DNA of 64,000 nucleotides from Coxiellaceae bacterium (GTDB lineage Bacteria; Pseudomonadota; Gammaproteobacteria; Coxiellales; Coxiellaceae): NCBI GenBank assembly GCA_029212925.1, contig JARGOB010000005.1, positions 95,663 to 159,662 of the forward strand, read 5' to 3'. Shown piece by piece: positions 28,670 to 39,165 of this stretch (position 1 is its first letter; each line of letters starts with the position of its first letter). The notes under the pieces were generated by a model. It saw only the letters and a program-made list of their open reading frames with translations, ran no database searches and was not told where the DNA came from. The position numbers and the translations under genes were made by a program.

Positions 28670-29893
28670 CTAAGGTGACACATCAAATATTTTACGGTTA
28701 AACACAATCAATATTACACCCAATGCAGAAAACACTACCTCGATCCAGTACAATTGCGTCAAGCTCATCCAGTGACTACCAAAATCCACTAAACAATAAA
28801 TCAGTAATATCCCTGCACCCGACAAACAATTAAATGTAGACTGAACTCGCCCTTGAAAATCAAGCTCGGTTAGCTCTTGCGCCTTGGTCATAATCAATGG
28901 CCATACCGCTAACGCATAGCCAATTACTAAATTAAGCTCTTCAGCAATAACGATACTACGATTAAAGCTAAACACAGCAAAGGCAGCAGCAAGCACAATC
29001 AACAACACCATAATCACACGCAGCAAACCGTATTTTTCTGCGATCCATGGCACAGTAAAACCACCAATGATCACACCCACCGACAGTGCTGCCTCAATCA
29101 TACCAAACTCAGACACATTGGCTTTTAATACATTCGAAGCAAATGGTGCAATCAATATTGGCACCGTCATAAACGCCACCATCACCAATAATTGAATAGT
29201 ATAAATCACAATCAACGGCCGTCGTTTAGCGACATAGCTAAACCCTAAACGCATATCGGCAAAAATACTTTTTACTGATAATGCCGTTTCATTTATTTTT
29301 TCTTTATGATCAACACGCATAGCAATAGACAGCAGCCCTGCAATAACAAAGAAGAAGCCATCAAGAATCAGCGTACCCGCCATCGACACCAATGCAATAA
29401 CGAAACCCGCCGTTGCCATGCCCATCACATTACCTATTTCATAGCCAATATCGACAGTAGCATTTGCGATTAGTAATTGTTTTTCAGCTACGATTTCACG
29501 TATCAATGCCATAATCACTGGCAGCACCAAACTAAAAACAACACCTTGCAGTAGAGACAGCAAATACAAACCGTAGAGCGATGGATGATAATACTCATAA
29601 AAGCCAAACACGATAAGTAGCAACGCACGTGCGAAATTGGTCACAACAAATAATGGTTTACGCGGATAGCGATCAACCAACACACCAGCAAATGGACCCA
29701 GCACAACCGTCGGCAGCCAAAAACAAAACATCACAATAGTGACGGATGTAATGGAATTTTTTAACTGCAACACCAACCAGGTCATGGCAATATAGCTTAA
29801 ACCATTACCCAGCATCGCTATCACGCAACTCAACACGTACAAGCGAAACGGCTGTATCTTAAATAACGCTAAACGTTGCTGCAGATGTGACAT
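28670..29893 (-). CDS. MFS transporter
   Basis: About 407 aa with about 12 predicted TM helices. Loop motif VDRYPRKP after TM2, as in MFS_1 or enterobactin-exporter-like proteins. The start may be ATG 29893 or GTG 29899. Confidence 0.75.
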   Translation of the reverse strand: MSHLQQRLALFKIQPFRLYVLSCVIAMLGNGLSYIAMTWLVLQLKNSITSVTIVMFCFWLPTVVLGPFAGVLVDRYPRKPLFVVTNFARALLLIVFGFYEYYHPSLYGLYLLSLLQGVVFSLVLPVIMALIREIVAEKQLLIANATVDIGYEIGNVMGMATAGFVIALVSMAGTLILDGFFFVIAGLLSIAMRVDHKEKINETALSVKSIFADMRLGFSYVAKRRPLIVIYTIQLLVMVAFMTVPILIAPFASNVLKANVSEFGMIEAALSVGVIIGGFTVPWIAEKYGLLRVIMVLLIVLAAAFAVFSFNRSIVIAEELNLVIGYALAVWPLIMTKAQELTELDFQGRVQSTFNCLSGAGILLIYCLVDFGSHWMSLTQLYWIEVVFSALGVILIVFNRKIFDVSP

Positions 29894-30008
29894 GATCACG
29901 GACCCAAGAAATTCGAAAAAGGGAATCTATTCTACGCCTAATTAATGCCTTGTCAATACCGAGAGCCTATCAGCAGCGGCTGCCGCCAACTTTACGCGTG
30001 GCGGATTT

Positions 30009-30524
30009 TTAAGGAGGAGGCGCCTTCCATTTGGCGATCGAACATTGGCCACGCGTCGTAGAAACCGAAACTTTCACCTTAACAATGCGCTTAGCAGCCA
30101 AATCATCTTTATTCTCGGTTATCTGATCTACAAACCATTGCGCTAAGCATTCCGATGTAGTGTTTTTAATCGGTAACAATATGCATTCTTTTTTTAAAAA
30201 CAGCATCTTATCTTGCTGAAATTGCACAGCATAGTATTCGCCCTCTTCGCTTATTTGCAAATAAGGCGATTGTGCTGGTAACAACATATATTCATTTAAT
30301 GAGCGACATAACGCCAATACCTGCTTACGCGTAATGCTGTAATCATAAGTAATACCCGAATCATCCATCGCAGCCTTTATATAAGTGTGCACTTGATAAT
30401 TATGGCCATGCAAGCGCTCGCGCTCTTCAGCGTTGAAAATAGTAAAATGCGCTGCCGAGAACTTCATGTCCTCGCGATATAACTCAACAGTGGAATAAGT
30501 TAGTGTGTTGTTTCCCGCTGACAT
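30009..30524 (-). CDS. 6-pyruvoyl-tetrahydropterin synthase family protein (QueD/PTPS-like)
   Basis: FSAAHFTIF...ERLHGHNYQV histidine motif. 171 aa. Overlaps the folB 3' end by 25 nt. Confidence 0.7.
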   Translation of the reverse strand: MSAGNNTLTYSTVELYREDMKFSAAHFTIFNAEERERLHGHNYQVHTYIKAAMDDSGITYDYSITRKQVLALCRSLNEYMLLPAQSPYLQISEEGEYYAVQFQQDKMLFLKKECILLPIKNTTSECLAQWFVDQITENKDDLAAKRIVKVKVSVSTTRGQCSIAKWKAPPP

Positions 30525-30904
30525 TCCAGCTCCTCTTGCGTGATCATGTTGACATCCACAGCCAAACGATGCACCACAGACACTTTCACCTCACCGTTTA
30601 ATGCATCTGGTTTCGATAAAGTAATCTCAGCGTCAATAATTTGCCAACGCTGATACAAGTAATCTGCCACCCATTTAGCTAATGTTTCTAGCAACTGAAA
30701 GCGTCTTCCTTCGACCAAACCCTGCAGGTCATTAACAATTACCTCATAATCAATCGCATCCTTCAATTGATCACTGGCCGCAGCCGGCTCTATATCCATC
30801 GCAATAGCTAAATCAAGAATAATCGTTTGCAGGTTCTCCTGCTCATACTCATGAGTGCCGATATATACAGATAGTGCTAACTTGCTGATTATTAAGGTAT
30901 CCAT
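30500..30904 (-). CDS. folB: Dihydroneopterin aldolase
   Basis: 134 aa. The N-terminal IGTHEYEQENLQTIILDL and DAIDYEVI patterns are typical of FolB. Confidence 0.75.
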   Translation of the reverse strand: MDTLIISKLALSVYIGTHEYEQENLQTIILDLAIAMDIEPAAASDQLKDAIDYEVIVNDLQGLVEGRRFQLLETLAKWVADYLYQRWQIIDAEITLSKPDALNGEVKVSVVHRLAVDVNMITQEELECQRETTH

Positions 30905-31028
30905 GTCATTCCACTCGCTTGTTTAGACAAGCTTAGTAAAACGCATTTTGCTATTAACTGCAACTGTGGTTCGACAGTATTTTTTCATGATACACTCAAT
31001 AAGGTATCGACTTTCTTACGGAACCCGC

Positions 31029-32474
31029 ATGACAAAATGGACTTTACCACTTACCGCTGTATGCCTGGCCGCTTTATGCACACACAGCTTTGCTCAACCC
31101 AGCCGCTATCAAATTAAACGCATTATCAAAAGCGCCTTAAAACAAAGCAAACAACCCATATTTACCGGTATAGTGATCCAATCGATGAAAACCGGCAAAA
31201 TCCTGTATCAAAAAAACGCCGCCAATCACTTTATGCCAGCCAGCACATTAAAGCTGGTCACCGCAACTGCCGCCTTGGAATACCTAAAGCCGAATTACCG
31301 CTACAACACCTGGTTACTCACCGATGCCAAGCAACTCAAAGGGCCCGCATTAAAAGGAAACTTATGGGTTAAGTTTGAAGGCGACCCGTCATTAAAACGC
31401 AAACAGCTCAACACTCTACTGGCCAACCTCAAAAAAAGGGGTATATCCCGCATTAATGGCCATGTATACGTTGATAGTAGCGCCTATGACGACATTAAAT
31501 ACGCACCCGGTTGGATTTGGGATGATTTAAGTTATGCTTATGCCGCTCCTACTAGTGCCGTCGTATTAAATAAAAATAAATTTTTATTAAAAATCACCCC
31601 CGCTAAAAATATCGGACAAAGGGTAAGGCTTAACGCGAAAAAAATGCCGGCCGGAATCATACATTACAATAACCAACTGGTCACCGTTAACCAAGTAAAA
31701 AACTGCCCAGTAGCTATTTACAACAACCAAAACAATGGCTACCTCATCAAAGGCTGCTTTCAAAAAAATTGGGGGGTACAGCACCGTTTGTTAGCAGTAA
31801 CTGACCCCGTGCTGTATGCTCGCCAACTGATTAAACAACAATTACATGAGTTAAAGATTCAATACAAAGGACGAGTTGGCAAGCAACCAGCCCCTAAAAA
31901 TACAGTAGAAATTGCGGTACATGCCTCACCACCACTTAGTCAATTAGCGATTAAGATGTTAAAGAAATCGGATAACTTAATTGCCGATGCTTTCCTTAAA
32001 ACCATGGGACAACGCTACTATAAAACACAAGGCACCTGGCAAAATGGCGTTGAGGCCATGCAAAAAATCTTGGCGCCAATCACAGGCATTAATTTCAAAA
32101 ACACACTGATCACAGATGGTGCTGGATTATCACGCTACAACCTCATCACACCCATGCAGCTGGCCAAGTTATTAAACTTTGCTTACCATGACTTGGAAAT
32201 CGAGCCTGAATTATTAGCTGCCATGCCGATCGCCGGCAAAGACGGTACTTTGGAATACCGTATGCGCTCACTAAAACATCCACGAAACGTGCGCGGCAAA
32301 ACGGGCACCATGAGCGGTGTCAGCGGACTTGCTGGCTACTTGACCACCACACACAAAGATGTATTATCCTACGTTATTTTGATAAATAACTTTGTAGGTA
32401 AAGTCCGTGAGTATCGCAAAATTGAGGATCGCATTTGCATTGCACTTACTGGTCAAAAGGGCTCAAAAGGCTAA
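31029..32474 (+). CDS. dacB: D-alanyl-D-alanine carboxypeptidase/endopeptidase (PBP4)
   Basis: Signal peptide MTKWTLPLTAVCLAALCTHSFA. SxxK motif (PASTLK), SxN motif (KKSDN) and KTG motif (GKTGTMSGV). Confidence 0.8.
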   Translation: MTKWTLPLTAVCLAALCTHSFAQPSRYQIKRIIKSALKQSKQPIFTGIVIQSMKTGKILYQKNAANHFMPASTLKLVTATAALEYLKPNYRYNTWLLTDAKQLKGPALKGNLWVKFEGDPSLKRKQLNTLLANLKKRGISRINGHVYVDSSAYDDIKYAPGWIWDDLSYAYAAPTSAVVLNKNKFLLKITPAKNIGQRVRLNAKKMPAGIIHYNNQLVTVNQVKNCPVAIYNNQNNGYLIKGCFQKNWGVQHRLLAVTDPVLYARQLIKQQLHELKIQYKGRVGKQPAPKNTVEIAVHASPPLSQLAIKMLKKSDNLIADAFLKTMGQRYYKTQGTWQNGVEAMQKILAPITGINFKNTLITDGAGLSRYNLITPMQLAKLLNFAYHDLEIEPELLAAMPIAGKDGTLEYRMRSLKHPRNVRGKTGTMSGVSGLAGYLTTTHKDVLSYVILINNFVGKVREYRKIEDRICIALTGQKGSKG

Positions 32475-32477
32475 GCA

Positions 32478-33239
32478 ATGACAGCCTATGCCGTTATAGG
32501 CAGACCGGTGGCGCATAGCCTATCACCGCAACTGCATCAACAATTTGCGCAAGCAATTAATCAGTCTATCAACTACGGCAAACTCAGCTGCGCTGCTGAA
32601 GATTTTGCTGCATGCGTCTATGCCTTTAAAAGCAATGGCGGCAAAGGCCTTAGCGTTACGTTACCGTTTAAACACTTAGCCGCTAAACTCGCTGATCATT
32701 GCGATGAAATGGTTACACTCACTGGCGTTGCTAATGGGTTACGCTTTACTGAGCACGGCATTGAAGCGACCAACAGTGACGGCCCTGGGTTAGTAAACGA
32801 TTTAATCGAAAAAGGTGTGACACTAAAAAATAAAAGTATTTTAATCATTGGCGCCGGTGGTGCGGCGCAAGGTATTATACCAGCACTCGCCCAACAGCAG
32901 CCCAAGAATATTGTGATTGCTAATCGCACGATATCCAAAGCAGAGCAATTAGCTAAGCGCTTCAAATCACTAGCAGATATCCAAGCAATCCAAACGGACG
33001 ATCATTCAGCTTTTGATATAATTCTCAATGCCAGCAGCGCCGGTCATCACCAACAATTACCATTACTACAAACAGATTGGGTAAATAAGAACACTGTGGC
33101 TTACGACTTAAGTTATGGCGCAACCGCACAACCTTTTGTGCAATGGTGCCAACAACATAAAGTCACACAAGCCTATGATGGTTTTGGTATGTTGAAAGCA
33201 TCTGCTTACCTACTATTTCAGTGGTGGTTCACAGATTAA
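32478..33239 (+). CDS. aroE: Shikimate dehydrogenase
   Basis: VIGRPVAHSLSP, LSVTLPFK, TNSDGPG and the NADP-binding IIGAGGAAQGI. Confidence 0.85.
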   Translation: MTAYAVIGRPVAHSLSPQLHQQFAQAINQSINYGKLSCAAEDFAACVYAFKSNGGKGLSVTLPFKHLAAKLADHCDEMVTLTGVANGLRFTEHGIEATNSDGPGLVNDLIEKGVTLKNKSILIIGAGGAAQGIIPALAQQQPKNIVIANRTISKAEQLAKRFKSLADIQAIQTDDHSAFDIILNASSAGHHQQLPLLQTDWVNKNTVAYDLSYGATAQPFVQWCQQHKVTQAYDGFGMLKASAYLLFQWWFTD

Positions 33240-33277
33240 TTTCTCTTACCCTTTCATACGTCAATGCATGCGCGCCG

Positions 33278-35026
33278 CTATTTTATATGATTTTCGCGAT
33301 TCAATATTGAGCTCCAAAAATCATAATGCACAATAGCAGGCAAGTTATTTATTGTCTTAACAGGTGTATCCCAATGCACATAGTCACCTTTTAACACATT
33401 GGTTAATGGTGAATACCCCCACCCTTTTTTCCAATGCATCGGATCTTTTGCAAAGCCACTCCAGCTTCGACTCATTTTTACTGCCAACTTAATGTCCTGG
33501 GTGAGTATTCCCTTTTCTGGCAATAAAATTTCTTCTTTTTTAACAAAATTATGAAACACATAAGGCAACTCTTCTGTATGACAAATGTTGCCAGAATCTG
33601 GCCCACAACGCTTCATACCCGGGTAATTAAAATTCGAATGCTGCGTGAAATAATAGCCATGCATCGGCATACTAGCAGCCTTCATAAACGGTAACGCTTT
33701 TTCTGCTGATCGGATATTTGCGGTTGCAAACGCATAATCAGTCAATACATTTCCCATAGCTTGCGCAGCGGGTGTCATACCTGAACCAGCATTATAATGA
33801 TAACTTTTTGGATTGTATGGTCGAACACCATTCGCTTTAAAATCCATAATTGCTTTCGCCGTCTTCTTACCAAAGTCTTTTACTAAAGTGGACACGAAAA
33901 ATTTATTTGTAAAATGCCCAGGGTTTGGAACAAAAAAGTCACCCTCGTTACGATTAAATCCAAACACATAAGGCTTGGGCGTGCTGCCCTTGTGGAAACC
34001 ATCATAGGCTTGCCCTGTCACCGGATAGACACCAATGGTAGGCGCCCAAATAGCGCCATCAACCATGCCATTCAGCAACAAGCCAGCCATGCCACCAGTT
34101 GGCATCATATTATTTTCAGCATCCATGATTGTTTTTATTGGTAGAGATCTCAACCAAGCCGCAGTCATCGGGCATTTATGTTTTTTATCACCAGATAACT
34201 TACATAATTCTTTAATATAACTTTTGCCACGCTGACTTGCTTTTTTAGCGGAAGCATATGGCACACCCATAACATTACTTTCCATAATAGCGGCACGAAA
34301 TAAAGAGTGACTCGCTGGTATAGAAAATAAATGTAACCCAACCGACATTGCACCGGCGCTTTCTCCAAATATAGTGACTTTGCTCGCATCACCATTAAAA
34401 TGTTGAATATTTTTATGTACCCACTGCAATGCTGCAAGTTGGTCTTCAAGAGCAAAATTACCATTCATTTTACTACCATGACCTAGGTAGCGTAAAAAAC
34501 CCAAAGATCCGAGCCGATAACTCAAAGTAACCACTATGACATGACCTGTGCTGGCCATATAAGTGCCGTTATACACAGGCAAACCGCCCTGCCCTAAAAG
34601 AAAGCCGCCGCCCGGGATAAATACCATAACCGGCAATGCCTGCTTGCCCGTGTTTTTAGGACGCCAGATATTGAGATAAAGACAGTCTTCACTGCCGGCA
34701 AAACTTTTACCCGATGGTTGAACACATTTATTTTGAACTTCGGTAGCGCGGTAAAGTTTCGTATTCCACTGCACATCTTTCACCGGTGGCTTCCAGCGCA
34801 GCTTGCCAACGGGGGGCTGCGCAAACGGAATACCCAGATAGGCATAAGCGGATTGTCCGTACCTTTTTTGCTGCACACCGCACACTGCAGTTTTAGCAAG
34901 CTTTGCAATAGGTGCTGATGATGAACAAGCCGGGCGAGAATTAGCTTGGATCGAAGCAAAAACCAGGATAAACAGAATAAATATTGAAAGAAAAAACGGC
35001 ATCCTAACTTGTTTACTACACAACAT
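33278..35026 (-). CDS. Secreted type-B carboxylesterase/lipase (cholinesterase-like)
   Basis: 582 aa. Strong SD AAGGAG before ATG 35026. Signal peptide present. EDCLYLNIW, oxyanion-hole GGGF and nucleophile elbow FGESAGA. Confidence 0.85.
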   Translation of the reverse strand: MLCSKQVRMPFFLSIFILFILVFASIQANSRPACSSSAPIAKLAKTAVCGVQQKRYGQSAYAYLGIPFAQPPVGKLRWKPPVKDVQWNTKLYRATEVQNKCVQPSGKSFAGSEDCLYLNIWRPKNTGKQALPVMVFIPGGGFLLGQGGLPVYNGTYMASTGHVIVVTLSYRLGSLGFLRYLGHGSKMNGNFALEDQLAALQWVHKNIQHFNGDASKVTIFGESAGAMSVGLHLFSIPASHSLFRAAIMESNVMGVPYASAKKASQRGKSYIKELCKLSGDKKHKCPMTAAWLRSLPIKTIMDAENNMMPTGGMAGLLLNGMVDGAIWAPTIGVYPVTGQAYDGFHKGSTPKPYVFGFNRNEGDFFVPNPGHFTNKFFVSTLVKDFGKKTAKAIMDFKANGVRPYNPKSYHYNAGSGMTPAAQAMGNVLTDYAFATANIRSAEKALPFMKAASMPMHGYYFTQHSNFNYPGMKRCGPDSGNICHTEELPYVFHNFVKKEEILLPEKGILTQDIKLAVKMSRSWSGFAKDPMHWKKGWGYSPLTNVLKGDYVHWDTPVKTINNLPAIVHYDFWSSILNRENHIK

Positions 35027-35120
35027 TTAAGCACTCCTTGCTTTGGTTGAAAGATTACTATAGCGGTACAGCCACCCCGCCGCAAGGCGAAATAATACAC
35101 CGAACTAGAGTCATGTGAAA

Positions 35121-35921
35121 TTAATCGCTGTCTTTATCTTTAAGGTGCTTAGCAGGATTAACACCCACTTGCAGCTTGGCCTTATTGAATGAAAAAGCAG
35201 GCTGTGGTGATGCTGAATAATCGCTATTAGCTTTCTTTGCTTCGGGCTGCTCAGATTCGACTGCTCTTCTATCTTCTGCATTTCTTCGCTCTTTTGCATT
35301 TCTTCGCTCTTCTGCTGTCCTTCGGTCTTCCTGTGTTCGGCGCTCCTCTTCAACCTTATTCTCTTTAACCCTTCGAGCCTCTTCCACCCTTCGCTCTTCC
35401 TCAGACCTTCTATCTTCTCCTGAGCGTTTTTCAATTGGTTTTTTGTTTTCGACAGCAGGCTTAGATTTTGCTTGTTTTGGTTTAGTCAGATTACTCACCG
35501 CATCAACAGCGCGAGAAATCAATGACCCGTTCGGATCATTACTCTCTTGTTCGACGGCATTCACCTGCGGCTCACCAACATACATACGCAGTTTAACAAT
35601 CTTGCCTTTACTGAGCTCATAAAAATACGCGATCGATGTATAGCGTTCCGTTTCTTGATCGATAGAAATAGTTTTCACATTAACCACAGCGGCTATTTTA
35701 TTCTCAGACACTACCAGGTCATGCACAGAATATACATTGCTGTAACAATTTTTGGCAATGTAATCAACCCCGTCGTAAATATCTCGAATCTTTAAAGGCA
35801 TTTGATCAACAAAACCCGTCAAATTGGCGGCATAAAAAGTAGGGATCTTAGATTTATCACGCTTTTCCCACACCAAATGAAATAAAGCACGAATAAATTG
35901 ACGAGCCTGCTCTTCATTCAT
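35121..35921 (-). CDS. NTF2/SnoaL-like domain protein with a C-terminal E-E/D-R-R hexapeptide repeat
   Basis: Preferred start is MNEEQARQF at 35921. The N-terminal portion of about 130 aa is NTF2-like. The tail is SGEDRRSEEERRVEEARRVKENKVEEERRTQEDRRTAEERRNAKERRNAEDRRAVE. It is encoded by degenerate 18-nt DNA repeats. Confidence 0.6.
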   Translation of the reverse strand: MNEEQARQFIRALFHLVWEKRDKSKIPTFYAANLTGFVDQMPLKIRDIYDGVDYIAKNCYSNVYSVHDLVVSENKIAAVVNVKTISIDQETERYTSIAYFYELSKGKIVKLRMYVGEPQVNAVEQESNDPNGSLISRAVDAVSNLTKPKQAKSKPAVENKKPIEKRSGEDRRSEEERRVEEARRVKENKVEEERRTQEDRRTAEERRNAKERRNAEDRRAVESEQPEAKKANSDYSASPQPAFSFNKAKLQVGVNPAKHLKDKDSD

Positions 35922-36006
35922 TATTATGGGTCTCCGGTTATTATATAGACATAACATGAAATATAACCCATTACCTACTAATTGCCTAGCGCTGACAGGA
36001 GCTAAT

Positions 36007-38022
36007 ATGAGCTTACCCGCATTTAATGCCATTAATATTGAAACCATCCCACAACAACTTGATAGTTTGTTAGAAAACAACAAAAAATCAATCAATGAGT
36101 TACTCACAAATCAATCATTTGACTGGCAATCCTTAATGCAACCGATGGAAAGCTTAGACGATCAGCTTCATCATTTTTGGTCACCAGTAAGCCACCTGCA
36201 TTCCGTCATGGAAACGGACGCTTTACGCGAAAAGTACCAAGCTTGTTTGGCCCCCCTCACTCAATACTCCAGCGAACTCGCGCATAATAAAAAACTGTAT
36301 GCTGCGATACAATCCATTGCTGATAGCGCTGAATTTGATAGCCTCAATCTCGCACAACAAAAAACCATCAACAACCAACTGCGTGATTTTAAACTAGCAG
36401 GTGTAGCGCTTAGCGATGAAGATAAGAAAAAGTTTGTTGAGCTTAGCCAACGCTTATCTGAACTCTGTAATAAATTCTCTAACCATGTGTTAGATGCTAC
36501 GCATGGCTGGAACTACCATACCGAAAATAAAAATGAGCTATCTGGTTTGACAGAACACGCCCTACTGGCAGCGGAGCAAGCAGCAAAACAAGATGATAAA
36601 ACCGGTTGGCTATTCACTTTGGATGCACCGGTATATATTGCGATCATGACCCACGCTGATAATCGTGAACTGCGTGAAAAGTTTTACCAAGCTTACGTCA
36701 CACGCGCATCGGATCAGGGACCTTGTGCTGGTCAATGGGACAACAGTCAAATTATGCAGGACATCTTGCAAGCTCGACTAGAGCTAGCAAAGTTGCTCGG
36801 CTTTGAAACCTATGCACACTACTCACTCGCCACCAAAATGGTTAATAAGCCACAACAAGTGCTCGATTTTTTGCATCACCTTATTGACCAGGCCCACACT
36901 AAAGCACAACAAGAAATGGTTGAGCTGCAAGAATACGCTAACAGCATTGGCTTTGACGGCAAACTACAGCCTTGGGATATTAGCTATTATTCAGAAAAAA
37001 TGCGTGAAGCAAAATACGATATTTCACAAGAGCAATTACGTCCATATTTCCCACTGCCCCATGTGTTGCAGGGTTTATTTACCATTTTACAAAAGCTGTA
37101 TGGTATTACCGTTGAAGCTAATGATGAATTAGATACTTGGCACCCTGACGTTAAAGTTTTTACATTATTTGATCCAGACCATAGCCCGATTGCATATTGC
37201 TATATGGACTTCTATGCACGCGCACACAAACGCGGTGGCGCCTGGATGGATGAATGCCAAATACGACTATTACGTCAAGATAACACATTGCAATTACCTG
37301 CTGCCTATTTAACCTGTAATTTTCAAGCACCGGTCGGCGATGACCCGGCACTGCTGACACACAACGATGTGGTGACTTTGTTCCATGAATTTGGTCACTG
37401 CCTACAACATATGCTGACAAAAATGAATATCGCTGACGTATCCGGTATTAATGGTGTGCCGTGGGATGCGGTAGAATTGCCCAGTCAATTTATGGAAAAT
37501 TGGGCTTGGCAAAAACAAGGTTTGGATTTAATTGCTAAACACTATAAAACTGGCGAGCCATTGCCTAATGACTTATTCGATAAAATGATTGCTGCTAAAA
37601 ATTTTCATGCGGCAATGGGTTTAGTGAGGCAGTTAGAATTTGCCTTGTTTGATTTTCGTTTGCATTTGGAGTTTGATTCAGCACAATCCAATCAAATACA
37701 AAATGTTATCGATGAAGTCAGAGCCCAAGTCAGTGTCACCCCATCCGTTGATTACAATCGCTTCCAACATGGCTTTAGTCATATTTTTGCTGGCGGTTAT
37801 GCTGCTGGTTACTACAGCTATTTATGGGCTGAAGTCATGGCCGCCGATGCATTTTCACTCTTCGAAGAAAACGGCATCTTTGATACCGCAACTGCTACTA
37901 GCTTTAAACAATGTATATTAGAGACAGGCGGCTCAGAGGAGCCCTTGGTATTATTCACGCGCTTTCGTGGTCGTGAACCACAGGTGGATGCGTTATTAAC
38001 TCAAAACGGCATCACTGCTTAA
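36007..38022 (+). CDS. prlC: Oligopeptidase A (M3 family)
   Basis: Start [12 protein letters not shown] at 36007. HEFGH zinc motif in [15 protein letters not shown]. The length and layout match PrlC. Confidence 0.9.
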   Translation: MSLPAFNAINIETIPQQLDSLLENNKKSINELLTNQSFDWQSLMQPMESLDDQLHHFWSPVSHLHSVMETDALREKYQACLAPLTQYSSELAHNKKLYAAIQSIADSAEFDSLNLAQQKTINNQLRDFKLAGVALSDEDKKKFVELSQRLSELCNKFSNHVLDATHGWNYHTENKNELSGLTEHALLAAEQAAKQDDKTGWLFTLDAPVYIAIMTHADNRELREKFYQAYVTRASDQGPCAGQWDNSQIMQDILQARLELAKLLGFETYAHYSLATKMVNKPQQVLDFLHHLIDQAHTKAQQEMVELQEYANSIGFDGKLQPWDISYYSEKMREAKYDISQEQLRPYFPLPHVLQGLFTILQKLYGITVEANDELDTWHPDVKVFTLFDPDHSPIAYCYMDFYARAHKRGGAWMDECQIRLLRQDNTLQLPAAYLTCNFQAPVGDDPALLTHNDVVTLFHEFGHCLQHMLTKMNIADVSGINGVPWDAVELPSQFMENWAWQKQGLDLIAKHYKTGEPLPNDLFDKMIAAKNFHAAMGLVRQLEFALFDFRLHLEFDSAQSNQIQNVIDEVRAQVSVTPSVDYNRFQHGFSHIFAGGYAAGYYSYLWAEVMAADAFSLFEENGIFDTATATSFKQCILETGGSEEPLVLFTRFRGREPQVDALLTQNGITA

Positions 38023-38032
38023 GGAAATCACA

Positions 38033-38698
38033 ATGACTCAAGATCAACAAAAGAAAATGGCGGCAGAAGCGGCAATTCAATATATTCAACACGATGATGT
38101 TGTCGGTGTCGGCACCGGATCAACGGTTAACTTTTTTATTGAGGCATTAGCCACAATCAAACATAAGATTGAAGGTGCTGTTGCGAGCTCGGATGCTACT
38201 GAAGCTTTATTAAAGCAACATCATATTCCGGTACTGAGTTTAAATAGCGTGAGTCGATTGCCAATCTATGTAGACGGCGCTGACGAGTTTAATCAACACG
38301 GCTATATGATTAAAGGCGGCGGTGGCGCGCTAACGCGTGAAAAAATCACCGCGGCTGTTAGCGAAAAATTTGTTTGCATTGTTGATGCATCAAAGCAGGT
38401 TGATGTGCTCGGAAAATTTCCACTGCCGATTGAAGTCATTCCGATGGCACGCAGCTATGTAGCTCGTCAGCTGGTTAAGCTCGGCGCTAATCCGGTTTAT
38501 CGTGAAGGATTTACTACCGACAATGGCAATGTCATTCTGGATGCTTATGATATGAACCTGGTAGACCCGGTTGATATGGAGAATAAGCTGAATAATATTG
38601 TTGGCGTGGTAACCAATGGCTTATTCGCTGCGCGTGGTGCGAATGTTATTTTGTTAGCGCGCGATGGTGAGGTTCAAACGCTGGAACCATTGGGCTGA
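38033..38698 (+). CDS. rpiA: Ribose-5-phosphate isomerase A
   Basis: [16 protein letters not shown] and [11 protein letters not shown] motifs. Confidence 0.9.
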   Translation: MTQDQQKKMAAEAAIQYIQHDDVVGVGTGSTVNFFIEALATIKHKIEGAVASSDATEALLKQHHIPVLSLNSVSRLPIYVDGADEFNQHGYMIKGGGGALTREKITAAVSEKFVCIVDASKQVDVLGKFPLPIEVIPMARSYVARQLVKLGANPVYREGFTTDNGNVILDAYDMNLVDPVDMENKLNNIVGVVTNGLFAARGANVILLARDGEVQTLEPLG

Positions 38699-38811
38699 TG
38701 AACGCAACAACCGTATGGAGGGGTCGCACCTGCCAGTTGACTATCAACTGATGACAGTGAAGCTGTAACATTTAAGCCTAGTATATAACATGATTATACT
38801 GTACTAGCGGT

Positions 38812-38855
38812 GGCATCCCGGATAATTGCTTCGTAATTTCCGGGATGACAAAAAA
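38812..38855. repeat. REP-like hairpin element, copy c
   Basis: GGCATCCCGGA-taattgcttcgtaatt-TCCGGGATGACAAAAAA has a 9-bp stem and the same CCGGGATGACA end as the other copies. Confidence 0.75.
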
Positions 38856-38861
38856 TAAGGG

Positions 38862-38889
38862 TTGATCTTCCAGCAAGGACGCGTATAAT
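38862..38889 (+). promoter_or_regulatory. Candidate sigma70 promoter of csrA
   Basis: TTGATC (38862-38867), a 16-nt spacer, then TATAAT (38884-38889), about 50 nt upstream of the csrA ATG. The leader ends with AAGGAG. Confidence 0.5.
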
Positions 38890-38940
38890 TTCCGACCATT
38901 GCTGTTCACATGATGGGCAGTTTTTATAAGGAGAAAAACT

Positions 38941-39165
38941 ATGCTCGTACTCACACGCTCGGTCGGAGATCGCCTGATCATCGGGGATGACGCGGAAATC
39001 ACTTTGAATGTTTTGGACATTCGGGGCAATCAAGTACGTATTGGTATTAACGCACCAAAAACTGTTCCAGTACATCGCGAAGAGATTTATCAAAAAATCA
39101 AAAATGCGGATGCAGAAAAAGCAGCGGCTGAAGCCCCTGAAGCTGAAGCAACTACCGCAGAATAA
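38941..39165 (+). CDS. csrA: Carbon storage regulator CsrA
   Basis: [50 protein letters not shown], followed by an acidic/Ala-rich tail. Track ORFs 38778..39029 and 38794..39195 are its antisense shadows. Confidence 0.92.
   Translation: MLVLTRSVGDRLIIGDDAEITLNVLDIRGNQVRIGINAPKTVPVHREEIYQKIKNADAEKAAAEAPEAEATTAE

Noticed and set aside
35111-35434. 107-aa ORF (KSEEMQKSEEMQK repeats), and 34780..35100, as genes
   Set aside because: 35111..35434 is an alternative frame of the 18-nt repeat region of the 35121-35921 gene. 34780..35100 is an out-of-frame ORF (same strand) overlapping the 5' part of the carboxylesterase gene. Neither has independent support.
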